Assembly: GCF_006345805.1 (NCBI RefSeq)
Contig: NC_043008.1
Location: 2,418,001-2,482,000 of the forward strand
DNA: 64,000 nucleotides
Direction of reading: 5' to 3'
DNA from: Octopus sinensis
Taxonomy: Eukaryota
In this document: positions 1 to 11,445 of the stretch, one piece after another
Layout: each line of letters starts with the position of its first letter
Numbering within the stretch: the first letter of the stretch is position 1
Program-made: the position numbers and the translations under genes
Notes under the pieces: generated by a model
What the model saw: the letters and a program-made list of their open reading frames with translations, nothing else
Database searches by the model: none
Told to the model about the DNA's origin: nothing

Positions 1-575
1 TTCTGCAATAATTATGCATGGTGTTAAGAATTGTAGCAGATGATATCTTTAACGAAGCCTTAATGTATAGAAGTTTTTTTGCACCATTAATGTGCCTCAG
101 TCAGTACAGCCGTTGTCACAAATGTATCGACATCTAATTTAAAGCAATTGCAGAAACTAAGGATAATCATATCTGAAGATTCTGATGTTTTATTTCTTAT
201 ATAATGATAGCTAAAAAAATAGACATACATGTGTATATGAGTGTATTTAAGCACACACATTCAAACAAAAACACATACACACATATACATACACACGTGC
301 ACACATATGTATATATGTATATCCTTACTTATACTCAAATATTCATAATTTTTAGAATATTATATTTTTACCGAGAGCGAGAAATTTATCCGCTGCAAAT
401 TCAATGTTAATGCCTTTAAATCTTAAAAATATTAACATAGACATATCTCAAGTGATTAAACATGCTCAGATATATACAGAGAAGCACACTCACAGGTACA
501 TGTACAGGCACACAACACGCATCCACACTTACACACACACACACACACATATATATATGTATATTTGTATGTATG

Positions 576-621
<46 letters not shown>

Positions 622-802
622 TTAATCAACCGTATGGTATACACCTAGGAGCTCTCAGTTCGAGCACGGTTACTTTCTTAGTGCTCTTTGGATATTTAAT
701 TAATTAGATTAATGAGAAAGGCGGAATGCACTAGATGGCTCGAAACAGTTGTAATGACCAATAAAGTGTCTCGTAGCTTTCATCTTCCGTCTCTCTCATA
801 AA

Positions 803-1784
803 TGAAATATACATTTTATTACGACCTGCCGTCGCTCAAACTCTTCGGGAAAAACCCGGGACCAAACCAAGTCGAGCGACGACGATTGACCTGCTCGTTC
901 GAATGGGGAATTCGCCACGGAAGGAGAGAATTCTGTGGGGGAGAATGGCAGCGAACCCGGCAACCGGCGACCGGAGATAACGACAACAACAGCAGGAAGA
1001 ACAGACACAAAGAGAGACGGCAGAAGGCAATTGGCTTACATTTAACAACGGTTTATAACAATTATTACAGCATAAATCAAAGATATATCTGGTATACAAC
1101 AAATCAAAGCATTTAAACATGCAGATACAATATACAATGTTTAAATCAGTTCAATGCACGATACAGTTCAGAGTTCTTTAGTCTTTCTCCTTCTTTTTCA
1201 ACACGTATCAACACAATTCACATTGTTCTTTATAATCTCTTTAGCACTGTTCTTTCTTCACGTATCAATTCTTTTACATTTCAACATCAATACAACAATC
1301 AAACAACACATACCGTTACGTTCTTTTCACAATGTCTTTACACAATAGCCAGTGCCTTCATACCGTAGTCCCTCTCTCTCGCTAACTTACTCCTATCTGT
1401 CTGTCTTCCTCAACTGACCGCCTCACGCCGTAGTCCTATCTGCCTGTCCTCCTCGACGCTGTCACTGTCACTCTCTCGCCTGTCATCTCTCAGATTGTTT
1501 GTCTGTCTTTATCAACTGACCGCCTCCTCCGTAATCCCATCTGCCTTGTTACCAACTCAATTTCTCCGGCCGAACCGTCTAACAGACTCACAGCTCCTGC
1601 TTTTTTATAGGGTAGTTTTCTCGGCCCCTTCTTGACCGGAAAAGGGCAGAGGTCTCTTCGGAAGCCATTACTCTTTCGTGAATCTGACAGAACAAAGGAC
1701 AATTACTTTAGATTTTAGACTTCCAGACTACAAACCAGCAAAGTAGGTCAAAGCAGTTGTTTACGGATTGACCTACTCTTATCA
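803..1784 (-). mobile_element. Probable solo LTR (~1 kb)
   Basis: On the minus strand it starts TG (tgataagagt...) and ends ...AATAAAatgtatatttCA. It has an internal TATA-like ccctataaaaaag (~1610-1622) and is GC-richer than the flanks. Flanks ataaa/atata could be a 5-bp TSD with one mismatch. No coding domains. Confidence 0.4.
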
Positions 1785-1791
1785 ATATATA

Positions 1792-3902
1792 TTGTACATG
1801 TATTTTTATTTTTGCAGTTTTATTGTTTGTCTATGCCAGAAAAAAGGCTTTTTCGTTCGTCCTCTTGTGTTTGTTTTTGTACATGTATTTTAATTTTGCA
1901 GTCTTATTGTTACGTCTTGTTTGTGTTCGTACTCATTGTGCCCCGCTGCTTGAAATTTTATTTTAATTCTCTCGCAGGAAGGCCTATTGGATTATTGTTC
2001 TGTTATGCCTTCGAAACATGCCTGACTCCTCTAGCGACAGCTGATGACGGGTGTTTTGTCCTTGTGTAACCTGTCCTGTATTTGGTTTTCGTTTTCCGTT
2101 TTCTTGTTTTTTGTTTTTTTCTGTTTCTACGTCTTATTGTGATGTCCTGTACTTCCGTATAATTATTTATATATGCATGTATATATACATGTAGATGTAG
2201 GTACGTACATATATGTTTGTATGTATGCATATATTTTTATTTATCTCCTTATTGTCTGACAGCGCCCCGCATCAGGTTCGTTCCGATTCGTCGTTTCGAT
2301 CCACTTCTTGGTCCCCTTTCTTTATATTAATATTATTATATTGAAGATGCGGTACTCTCTCCCTTTGCTTTAACCTCTTCAATCTTTCTCCCTCCCCCTC
2401 CTCCTCTCTCTTCGCCGCGTGTCCCCCTCCTCCTTCCCTCTTCCTTGCCTATAAAACAAAATTCCTTTACACGTGGTTACCACTATTGAAAAGACTGCCT
2501 CCACGCGCTGCTACTACACTTTCGTCCTTGCCAGCAAAAAGGCTTCTTCGTTCGTCCCCTTGTGTGGTTAATTTCCTGTATAGTATTCTTGTTATTTTCT
2601 CGTTTTGTAACTAATTGTACTTTTTGTACATGTATTTTTATTTTTGCAGTTTTATTGTTTGTCTATGCCAGAAAAAAGGCTTTTTCGTTCGTCCTCTTGT
2701 GTTTGTTTTTGTACATGTATTTAATTTTGCAGTCTTATTGTTACGTCTTGTTTGTGTTCGTACTCATTGTGCCCCGCTGCTTGAAATTTTATTTTAATTC
2801 TCTCGCAGGAAGGCTATTGGATTAGTGTTCTGTTATGCCTTCGAAACATGCCTGACTCCTCTAGCGACAGCTGATTACGGGGTTTTGTCCTTGTGTAACT
2901 GTCCTGTATTTGGTTTTCGTTTTCCGTTTTCTTGTTTTTTGTTTTTTTCTGTTCTACGTCTTATTGTGATGTCCTGTACTTCCGTATAATTATTTATATA
3001 TGCATGTATATAACATGTAGATGTAGGTACGTACATATATGTTTGTATGTATGCATATATTTTTATTTATCTCCTTATTGTCTGACAGCGCCCCGCATCA
3101 GGTCGTTCCGATTCGTCGTTTCGATCCACTTCTTGGTCCCCTTTTTTTATATTAATATTATTATATTGAAGATGCGGTATTCTCTCCCTTTGCTTTAACC
3201 TCTTCAATCTTTCTCCCTCCCCCTCCTCCTCTCTCTCGCCGCGTGTCCCCCTCCTCCTTCCTCTTCCTTGCCTATAAAACAAAATTCCTTTACACGTGGT
3301 TACCACTATTGAAAAGACTGCCTCCACGCGCTGCTACTACACTTTCGTCCTTGCCAGCAAAAAGGCTTCTTCGTTCGTCCCCTTGTGTGGTTAATTTCCT
3401 GTATAGTATTCTTGTTATTTTCTCGTTTTGTAACTAATTGTACTTTTTGTACATGTATTTTTATTTTTGCAGTTTTATTGTTTGTCTATGCCAGAAAAGG
3501 AAAAAAGGTTCGTTCGTCCTCTTGTGTTTGTTTTTGTACATGTATTTTAATTTTGCAGTCTTATTGTTACGTCTTGTTTGTGTTCGTACTCATTGTGCCC
3601 CGCTGCTTGAAATTTTATTTTAATTCTCTCGCAGGAAGGCCTATTGGATTAGTGTTCTGTATGCCTTCGAAACATGCCTGACTCCTCTAGCGACAGCTGA
3701 TTACGGGGGTTTTGTCCTTGTGTAACCTGTCCTGTATTTGGTTTTCGTTTTCCGTTTTCTTGTTTTTTGTTTTTTTCTGTTTCTACGTCTTATTGTGATG
3801 TCCTGTACTTCCGTATAATTATTTATATATGCATGTATATATACATGTAGATGTAGGTACGTACATATATGTTTGTATGTATGCATATATTTTTATTTAT
3901 CT

Positions 3903-3904
<2 letters not shown>
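1792..3904. repeat. Head-to-tail tandem array of a ~830-bp unit, about 2.55 copies (1792-2623, 2624-3446, 3447-3904 truncated at (TA)n)
   Basis: Anchors such as ttgtacatgtattttta, gcaggaagg(c)ctattggatta and cctgactcctctagcgacagctgat recur at spacings of 832 and 823 bp. Confidence 0.95.
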
Positions 3905-3951
<47 letters not shown>

Positions 3952-3984
3952 ACTCACTTGCCATAATCTGCAGTCAAAAATTGC

Positions 3985-4180
3985 ATAAGAATGTGAGAAA
4001 CCGCATTCTGAATACTAAACCAAAGATCCGTATATTGAAGAGCTATCTCTATCCTGGCACACAATTTATGTCAGTGAGGTAACGTCTATAGCATCAAAGA
4101 TAATAATGTACTTGAAATGTTGGGAAATATAGTTCTGAAGGAGAATTATTGCGGATATCATGAACAGATAAATTGTGCAC
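3985..4180 (+). mobile_element. RTE-like LINE, degenerate RT C-terminal fragment
   Basis: Translates as ILNTKPKIRILKSYLYP...LEM...RRLLRIS*TDK with frameshifts. This resembles the RTE C-terminal motif K.R.L.SY..P..YG.E.W...EM..YRR.LRISW.D, recognised from memory. Confidence 0.55.
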
Positions 4181-4189
4181 TGTTACAGT

Positions 4190-4548
4190 GATCACCCAGG
4201 TAATCTCAAGCTCGGGACCTTGCGAACCACTTCTGTACAGTTCTTTCAGATAAAGAAACATCACCGTAAACTGCGCATATTTCTTTGGTTGCTTGTGAGA
4301 CATTTTTCCCTTTACGGAAAAAGAAAAGCATCAAGTGCCGAAAAGGAACTTTGTTATCTTCCATTTTAAAGGGATACAGAATTAACACGGGTTATAGGAA
4401 CATAAACCTTCTTCCACGAAAAGATAGCTTAAACTGTGCTCTAAATGGAAGCGTATTCAAATCTTATTTTATGAACTCAACCATGTTCTAAAATAAGTCG
4501 GAAGTTAAGCTACTATAAATCGGCACGAACTTTGCGGACAACGCAATA
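4190..4548 (-). mobile_element. Mariner transposon 5' fragment (TIR plus N-terminal HTH of the transposase)
   Basis: ATG at 4364 gives MEDNKVPFRHLMLFFFRKGKNVSQATKEICAVYGDVSLSERTVQKWFARSRA, a Mos1-type paired-like HTH. TIR-like end TAttgcgttgtccgcaaagttcgtgccgattt at 4548-4517, with TA target. Confidence 0.9.
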
Positions 4549-5782
4549 CATAAGTCAAATACTGATAATATCCTAAAATTTTATTTCGGTGGCATTTTCT
4601 TATTCTTTTCCTTATATTATATGTGACGGTATTCCTGCACATATTCTAGGATTATGCCTAGGAGATTGCATTTAAGTATCAAATAACTTTGACTGCTCCG
4701 TGTCATAGAGTATGTTCTCGTAGTTCTGTTAGGTACAGCGGTGTTGGATTTGATTGATGCTATTATTATTCTATTTCAACCACTATGATTCTGATTTAAA
4801 TATTTATGCTTAAAGTCAATATGTGAGAGTGCTAGTAGGTTATTGGTATGTTGCTTTCATGAGAAGATACATCTATATATATATATTCAATAAATATGAT
4901 GATCATGCGCATACTGAACAATGAGCAGAGATCTTAGCATTAATTCCTGGGGAAAACATCCGCAGTTGTTTTGTTATTGGAATGTAAATAAATTGATGTT
5001 CTGAAGATTCAACTCAGTTACTATATTATTATGCATTTTATATGGTACCATAGCACCGCTAAGTTCAAACTTAGATAGCCAGCCTACTGTTAATGGGTAG
5101 GATAGTGAAATGCATCTATGCTAATTAAGGCATGTGTTAACAGCTTTATTGATCTCTATAATGATTAGGATTGTGAATAATGGGAGTTTTATGGTAATAT
5201 GAAACTGCTTTAAGAGATAATTTGGTATCCAGAACTATGAGAAATGTGTATGGTATTCTGATTTGTGCCGCTAATTACACATTCTTCAACATCTCCATTG
5301 ACTCTCACCAGGTTTATATAGATTGTGATGGAAGAGTTTTGTACGTTACATAAGTGGACGTTCAAAGTCATATTCGCTGATATTCGCTTTATTTATGGAG
5401 AATTATGAACCCTACAATTTCCCACATATATTTGCGCATCGGTATACTTATGGAAGACCATCCTTTGATTTTTTTTTACTGTTGCCGGGGGAAATGGTGA
5501 GTATTGACAGGTTTTCGTTAACAAATTCGTGATGACTCGGACAATATTCCGTTGCTATAGTGTAAGGAAGTACATGAATATCATCGCCAAAATATAAACT
5601 GTATTCTATGGCTTACAGCTTGACTGAAATGTAAATGCATTGAAAACGGAAATATTCCGGTCGATGGGATGCAAAATCTCAGGAGCTCCTCTCTGTCTGG
5701 AGCAAAAAGTAAACAAGAATACAAAATCAAGACGTTTTAGAAATACATTTTTGGAAAACCTGAAATCAATGCATTTTCAGAC

Positions 5783-5965
5783 CGTGTGTGTTTGTGTGTG
5801 TCTGTGTGTGTGTCTGTGTGTGTACGTTTGTGTGTTTGTGTGTTTGTGTGTGTCTGTATGTGTGTACTTGTGTGTGCTTGTGTGTATGTGCTTCTGTGTG
5901 CTTGTGTGAATATGTGTGTGTGTCTGTGTAAGTGCCTGTGTCTGCTTGTGTGTGTGTGTTTGTGT
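5783..5965. repeat. Imperfect (GT)n microsatellite
   Basis: Directly visible. Confidence 0.95.
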
Positions 5966-5969
5966 GTCT

Positions 5970-6900
5970 TTCAAGGAATTGAAAAGGACAACCGTTAAAT
6001 ATGGTGATATGGAGACCAAACGATATAATAGGAGAGCTACCAGAAACAATAGTGTTTGGAGATACAACGATGGTAGTCAGAGCAGAGGGCAGGTTACACA
6101 GGTGCTGTAAGTGTGGCCTGAAAGGTCACATTAGAGCAAACTGCCCTCTACAAAAGACAAAGGAAGAACCGGTAAAAGGAAAAAAGAGGAAACAATACCA
6201 CCACCATCAGTAACAGATGAAGAAGCAAGTGGAACGGAAGACGAATGGTGACACCAGGAAAGAAGAGGAAGAAACCAGGTAAAACAAATATGGAAACCCA
6301 CCCCACCCAACTCCCGCACTCTCTTCTCCCCACCCGCTCCCTACATACACTGAATCTACTCATCCCCTCCAACACGAAAACAAACACAGTCAGACACAAG
6401 TAATTCAACCTCCCCTACCTGGAACAAAGGGAGACCGGAAGCAAGGTATTGATGTACGATAACAAAAATATAAATTTATGTGAAGAGATAAAAGATGGGA
6501 AAGGCATTAGAGCGGTGGACACTTGCAGTTTCGAAAAGGTTCAAGGGTAGCATCGCTGCCTCTTGTTGGGCGAGAATCAAAGAGAGAAACTTTTTTAAGT
6601 TGAAAAAGGGTGTAAAATATGGCAAGTCGATCTGGACATTCAAAATCTGTCAGATGATATGGGTTACACATACTGACTGAAGGAGTACGGAGTGGAGATT
6701 GTAGAAGTCTCCATGTTTAAAAGGGGAAAAAAAGGACAGAGGCAAAATGAAGTAACTCCGAGTTGGGGTTGAGTAAATTTCATTCCATTTCTCATTTTCA
6801 TTTTATCATTCATTATATACGTTTATTTGTTATGTGTCCCCACATGTCTTTGTGTTGTTCCCACTGTGCTGGCCCCTTGTGGGAAATAAAGAAACAGGGT
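5970..6900 (+). mobile_element. Non-LTR retrotransposon remnant: ORF1 with a CCHC zinc knuckle plus 3' tail (Tx1/L1-like, tentative)
   Basis: ORF 6001-6213 contains CCKCGLKGHIRANC (C-x2-C-x4-H-x4-C, nt 6103-6144), followed by purine-rich degenerate sequence. It ends in ccccttgtgggaaataaagaaacagg. Confidence 0.6.
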
Positions 6901-8079
6901 TAAAATATTCATTGTGGCTCTCACTCTCTTCCTCATTTTCTTCGGAAAACGCCTCTAACTGCTAATATTATTTCATTTGTTCACGGTTATCGTGTCACCC
7001 CATAAACTTTTAATATTTCTGCTGATGATAAAAATTTCACAAATACTTCGAAATACACTCAGGAAATGAAGATTGTTGTGTTTTACTGCTAAATATTAAA
7101 TCTGTATTTTCGGAGTCAATTACAACGGGAATATTTAAATATGTACTCCTCACCGCCGACCAATGCTACATATCTGAACCGTACTGTTATACGATACTTT
7201 ATTGTTACACATTTTGCCTGTTACAATAATTTCCGCTTCCTATATTTGCTGCTATTGGCAATTTATACATGATTATGTCGTGGATAGAGCATTGACTGTG
7301 GCGTTTCTATTTTTTCGTTTTTCTTTACTTTTTGATTTGTTTTGTTAATATAGTTTACGATGATGATGATGATGATGATGATGCTGGTGGTGGTGGTGGT
7401 TGTGGTAGTGGTAATGATGATGATGATGATATCGTTAATACGGTGAAGAAGTTTGTAGACATTACCATTGTTAGTCGTGTCAGTCAAACTGCTATTAACA
7501 TGGTCACGTTCAATGGGGGCATTTTTCAGCGTGTCTCTGTCACCGCAGTTTACAGTTATTGACAACTCTGCCGTGGAAGGTGACGGTTACGTCACTCTGT
7601 TCGCTACAATTTCTGTCTATTTCTGCTACACAGTTTTTTAACATTCCTATTGATTTGCTGCCAGTTGCAACATCACAAGCAACACCAACATTGTGTAATA
7701 TCTAATTCGAAAAAAAAACTTATGAAGAATGTCTCTTTCTCACTTTCACAAGTAATATACGCATAGTAGATGACATCATGAGACCGACTCCTGCCAGAGC
7801 TCTCATGCGTACCACCTGCTGTTTTCACCCTCTCCAAATTAGATCTATCTCTTACACATGCAGCAGAAAACAATGCATAACAACTGTGCTTCTGATGATT
7901 ATAGGAAACACTGAGATTGCCCAGGACGTCTCTACTTAGAAATTAGGATTTTCGTGAAAAATAACTATTTTTAGCATATATAAATGTAAAGGGGTCTGTT
8001 TTTATTAGCTTGAGTAAAAAGAAAGCAATATTTTGAACCAAGAAGTATTTGCACCGGAAGTTTGCAGACTTTTGAACTT

Positions 8080-8697
8080 TTTAAAATATATTTTGGCAAT
8101 TGTCTGATGATATGGACATAGACTTTCCGAAATGCATCAATAAATTAACATTGCTATTTTTATCCCCATTGTTAGAGTCTGATGATATGAAGCCAAGCTT
8201 TTAAAATATAAATTTCTTTGACTTAAATGACGCTTTTGGTATTAAAGACATCATGGAGCGTACTTGTGCTTTCAAACACATTCTTCGATATTAGGAGTAA
8301 AATCTGCCAAAGATAGATCATATTCAAATTAAATACGCTGGATGTTGTGCATGTACCAGCTCATAGTACAGCATACATGGACATCTTTATGTGTATTATA
8401 AATACGATGAAACGTATAACCCGACGACGTTGGCGATTCCAGTCACGTCAAAACTCCCCATAGAGACATCAAACAATTGACCGCCTTCCTTCTTCATCCA
8501 GAAGGAATCGTCAAAGACCAGAATTAACTTTCTGACATTGATGACTATTCTGATATGAAGATCAATAATGCTGGTAAACTGTCCAGCAAAAATCTAAGGT
8601 CTTCAGGAGGAGGTGTTTAGATATGGAAAGATAGACGTCAACAATGTCAAACTAGGTGCATTTATAACTTATAGGCTGAGTTATTCTCGATGTCGCG
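8080..8697 (-). mobile_element. Penelope-like element, reverse transcriptase remnant
   Basis: Minus translation with one frameshift: [79 protein letters not shown]. This matches PLE RT motifs FDI..FYPSI and W.KK...FDV.MGS.DG.E...LVGLY. Confidence 0.9.
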
Positions 8698-8793
<96 letters not shown>

Positions 8794-8834
8794 TATGTAT
8801 ATATCTATATGTATATATATATAGAGATATATAC

Positions 8835-8870
<36 letters not shown>
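8698..8870. repeat. (TA)n microsatellite complex
   Basis: Directly visible. Similar tracts at ~9505-9630, 16437-16535, 35930-36150, 46730-46800, 54975-55040, 56275-56375 and 63825-63870. Confidence 0.95.
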
Positions 8871-8885
<15 letters not shown>

Positions 8886-9501
8886 ATATATGTATATGTA
8901 TGTATGCATGTAAGTGTGTGTGTGCTGCATGCATGTGTGTTTACATGTGTACATTCACGGATTAAGAGATATAGAAATATGCGCCACCTCATCAGTCGTA
9001 AAACCGAAAGTTTAATATAAACAACCAGAAGTTTGCATTTTCACAAACCAACCTCCAAAATATACACACACACCACCAACAAGAACAATAAACATGGCAT
9101 GTGAATATCTAAGAAATATAATGAGAAAATCAGTGAGAGGAAGGACAGATTTTCTTAAGTTTTGTAAAATTGTTTATATCTTTACAATCGCAAAATTATT
9201 CATTCGTATCAAAAGATTGACGTAAAATTGTTCGATATAATCAATATGTTTAGTATGTTTATAGAGACAATCCGAGACACATAAAGACGCATCTACGAAT
9301 ATATTTCTAGATTCATCTTCTATATTTAATTTCTCTTCTTTTCCTTTCTCTCTCTCTCTGTGTACAATAGTTATGTTTATATGTATCCAAGCATAATTCA
9401 CTCTCTCTTTTCATCTCAATATATATATATATATATATAAATATAGGTGTGTGTGTTTGTGTATATATTTATATGCGTGTTTATGTATATATGCATGAAT
9501 G

Positions 9502-9546
<45 letters not shown>

Positions 9547-11375
9547 ATGCATATATATGTACGTATATGTATATAAGCATATACATACATGTTTATATAT
9601 ATATATATTATATATATATATATATATATGCATATGATCACGCACACACACACATGCACACACACACATATATCACGCTTGTTTTATGTACATGACATTA
9701 TGATGGTAAAATTATAGTCTCTGTACGCAAATCTAAATACATCACATTGTAACTATTATTTGATATAAAACTTTTTTTGAAAGATGGCGCTGACATTTTT
9801 CGAAATGACAATTCTGAAATACGTACGTGTTCGTGTGCGAGTATGTATATCTGTATGTGTGTGTGTGTGTGTCAGTAATTTTGTTTGTGCCTGTTTATAT
9901 CTGCTACGTCTGCATGACATATTGCTCACCCAAGGAAATTCTTAGTCCACCACACCGATTCTGTTTTCACCAGAATATTATCGTTGTACTACCAGTCACT
10001 GGATTGCTAAACATGATGACAAAAACAATGGCCCACTTATATTGCTGAGTCTGTAAATTATTCATCAGTTAATCGTATAAATGTATGCATTCTGTCTTAT
10101 TACTTTAAGGCTATTTGCTAATTGCTAGCTAAAAACCACCATGGATAATGAATTAAAATATGCTGACAAGATCTTGGCCCCATACGTTATTGACATTGAC
10201 GTGGCTCTGACAAAATACATGAAATTTTAAACATAGTAATCAAAGAGTTTTATTTATTAATTTTATACTGGGAGATCTTTACGTCTGTAATACAAACACA
10301 CCTTATATATAATATATACAGGTTGAGCATAGCTGCTATTGTTGCAATAATAGATAGTATTGGATGAGAGAACGAAAGGTAATCAAAATTTTGCTATAAT
10401 TGCTAAAAATAACACCTATCAAATGTACGGATTAAAATCAAAATTATAGTCTAAGTATCCCTATTTTTAACATGTTAAGGTTCTGTTCGCAAAACATTTT
10501 GTACATAATTTTTGTATTTTGTTTTCTTGCAGAGACCTTGTTAAACTATTTTCCACGTACAAGTTTAAAATGTCTACTTGAAACATTAAATTGAGCAACT
10601 TAACACCAATTAAATATCAGTAATATTCTATTACATAATGAAAAAGACAAGGACACCAGTCGACCTGCGCTATATAGAACCCGATTCCTATAAACGATTT
10701 GACAAATAATCAAGTAGGTATCATATTAATTCTCATGACATTGTTCCTCTGATAATAAATAGGATGATCAATGCTGGAATTATTCTGTTATATATCCTGT
10801 ACACGAAGGCATTTCTCAGTTCAGCATCAATTCTTTTCTAAGTTTTCAATGTACCTCATAATTTAATTCAAAGTAATAATTATTTTTGAAATTTAATGCA
10901 CAGCACAAAAGCTAATATATCTCGTATGTTTATAGAAAAGGTGGTGATAACTGCATACACGACACACGCACATCAATTCCTATACATTATCTTCTACATC
11001 AAGGCAGCCATCTCAGTCAATTAGCAGAACCAAAATTTATTAAACAGAGAAGAAAACAATTTCCAAAAGTAGTTCATGTTGAATTGAATATTGTGATAAT
11101 GTCAACTTCAAGTCATGTGCTAAAAGGTTTTATATCAAAAGCACATCAATCAGATATCGGTAAAATCATTTATATTCACCAAAATATACTTCATTTATCA
11201 TTGATAAGATTTATTAAACAAAACTCTGTCCAATTAGTTGATTCTGCGAATCTGCACAATTTTGATTTTATCAACTCAGTCTCAAGGGACGTAGATGTAT
11301 TTTTTTTTATTTCACTTATTTTCATTTCATTACATCCTCCACTAATCAAATACTTTATTCTAATTTCAGGCAACC

Positions 11376-11445
11376 ATTTATTAATTTAGTGTTGATTATA
11401 TCCTTCCTATTTATTAATTTAGTGTTGATTATTTCCTTCCTATTT
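11376..11445. repeat. 33-bp tandem duplication
   Basis: atttattaatttagtgttgattat(a/t)tccttcct twice, one mismatch. Confidence 0.9.

Noticed and set aside
700-775. Hammerhead-like ttaatgag...ggctcgaaacagttgta followed by aataaag
   Set aside because: It resembles a PLE end, but the core is mutated, stem II is incomplete and no stem I pairing exists. Too degenerate to call.
5380-5503. Open frame MENYEPYNFPHIFAHRYTYGRPSFDFFLLLPGEM ending at a G|GTGAGT donor on the + strand
   Set aside because: No convincing acceptor, partner exon or recognisable homology.
8100-8152. CTGATGA...GAAATGCATC with palindromic ATGCAT
   Set aside because: Stems I and II are out of register, and it lies antisense within PLE RT coding remnant. 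Likely chance.
9934-10055. Exon-like segment with splice signals on both strands
   Set aside because: All minus-strand frames are closed, and the + strand peptide EYYRCTTSHWIAKHDD is unrecognised and has a weak donor.
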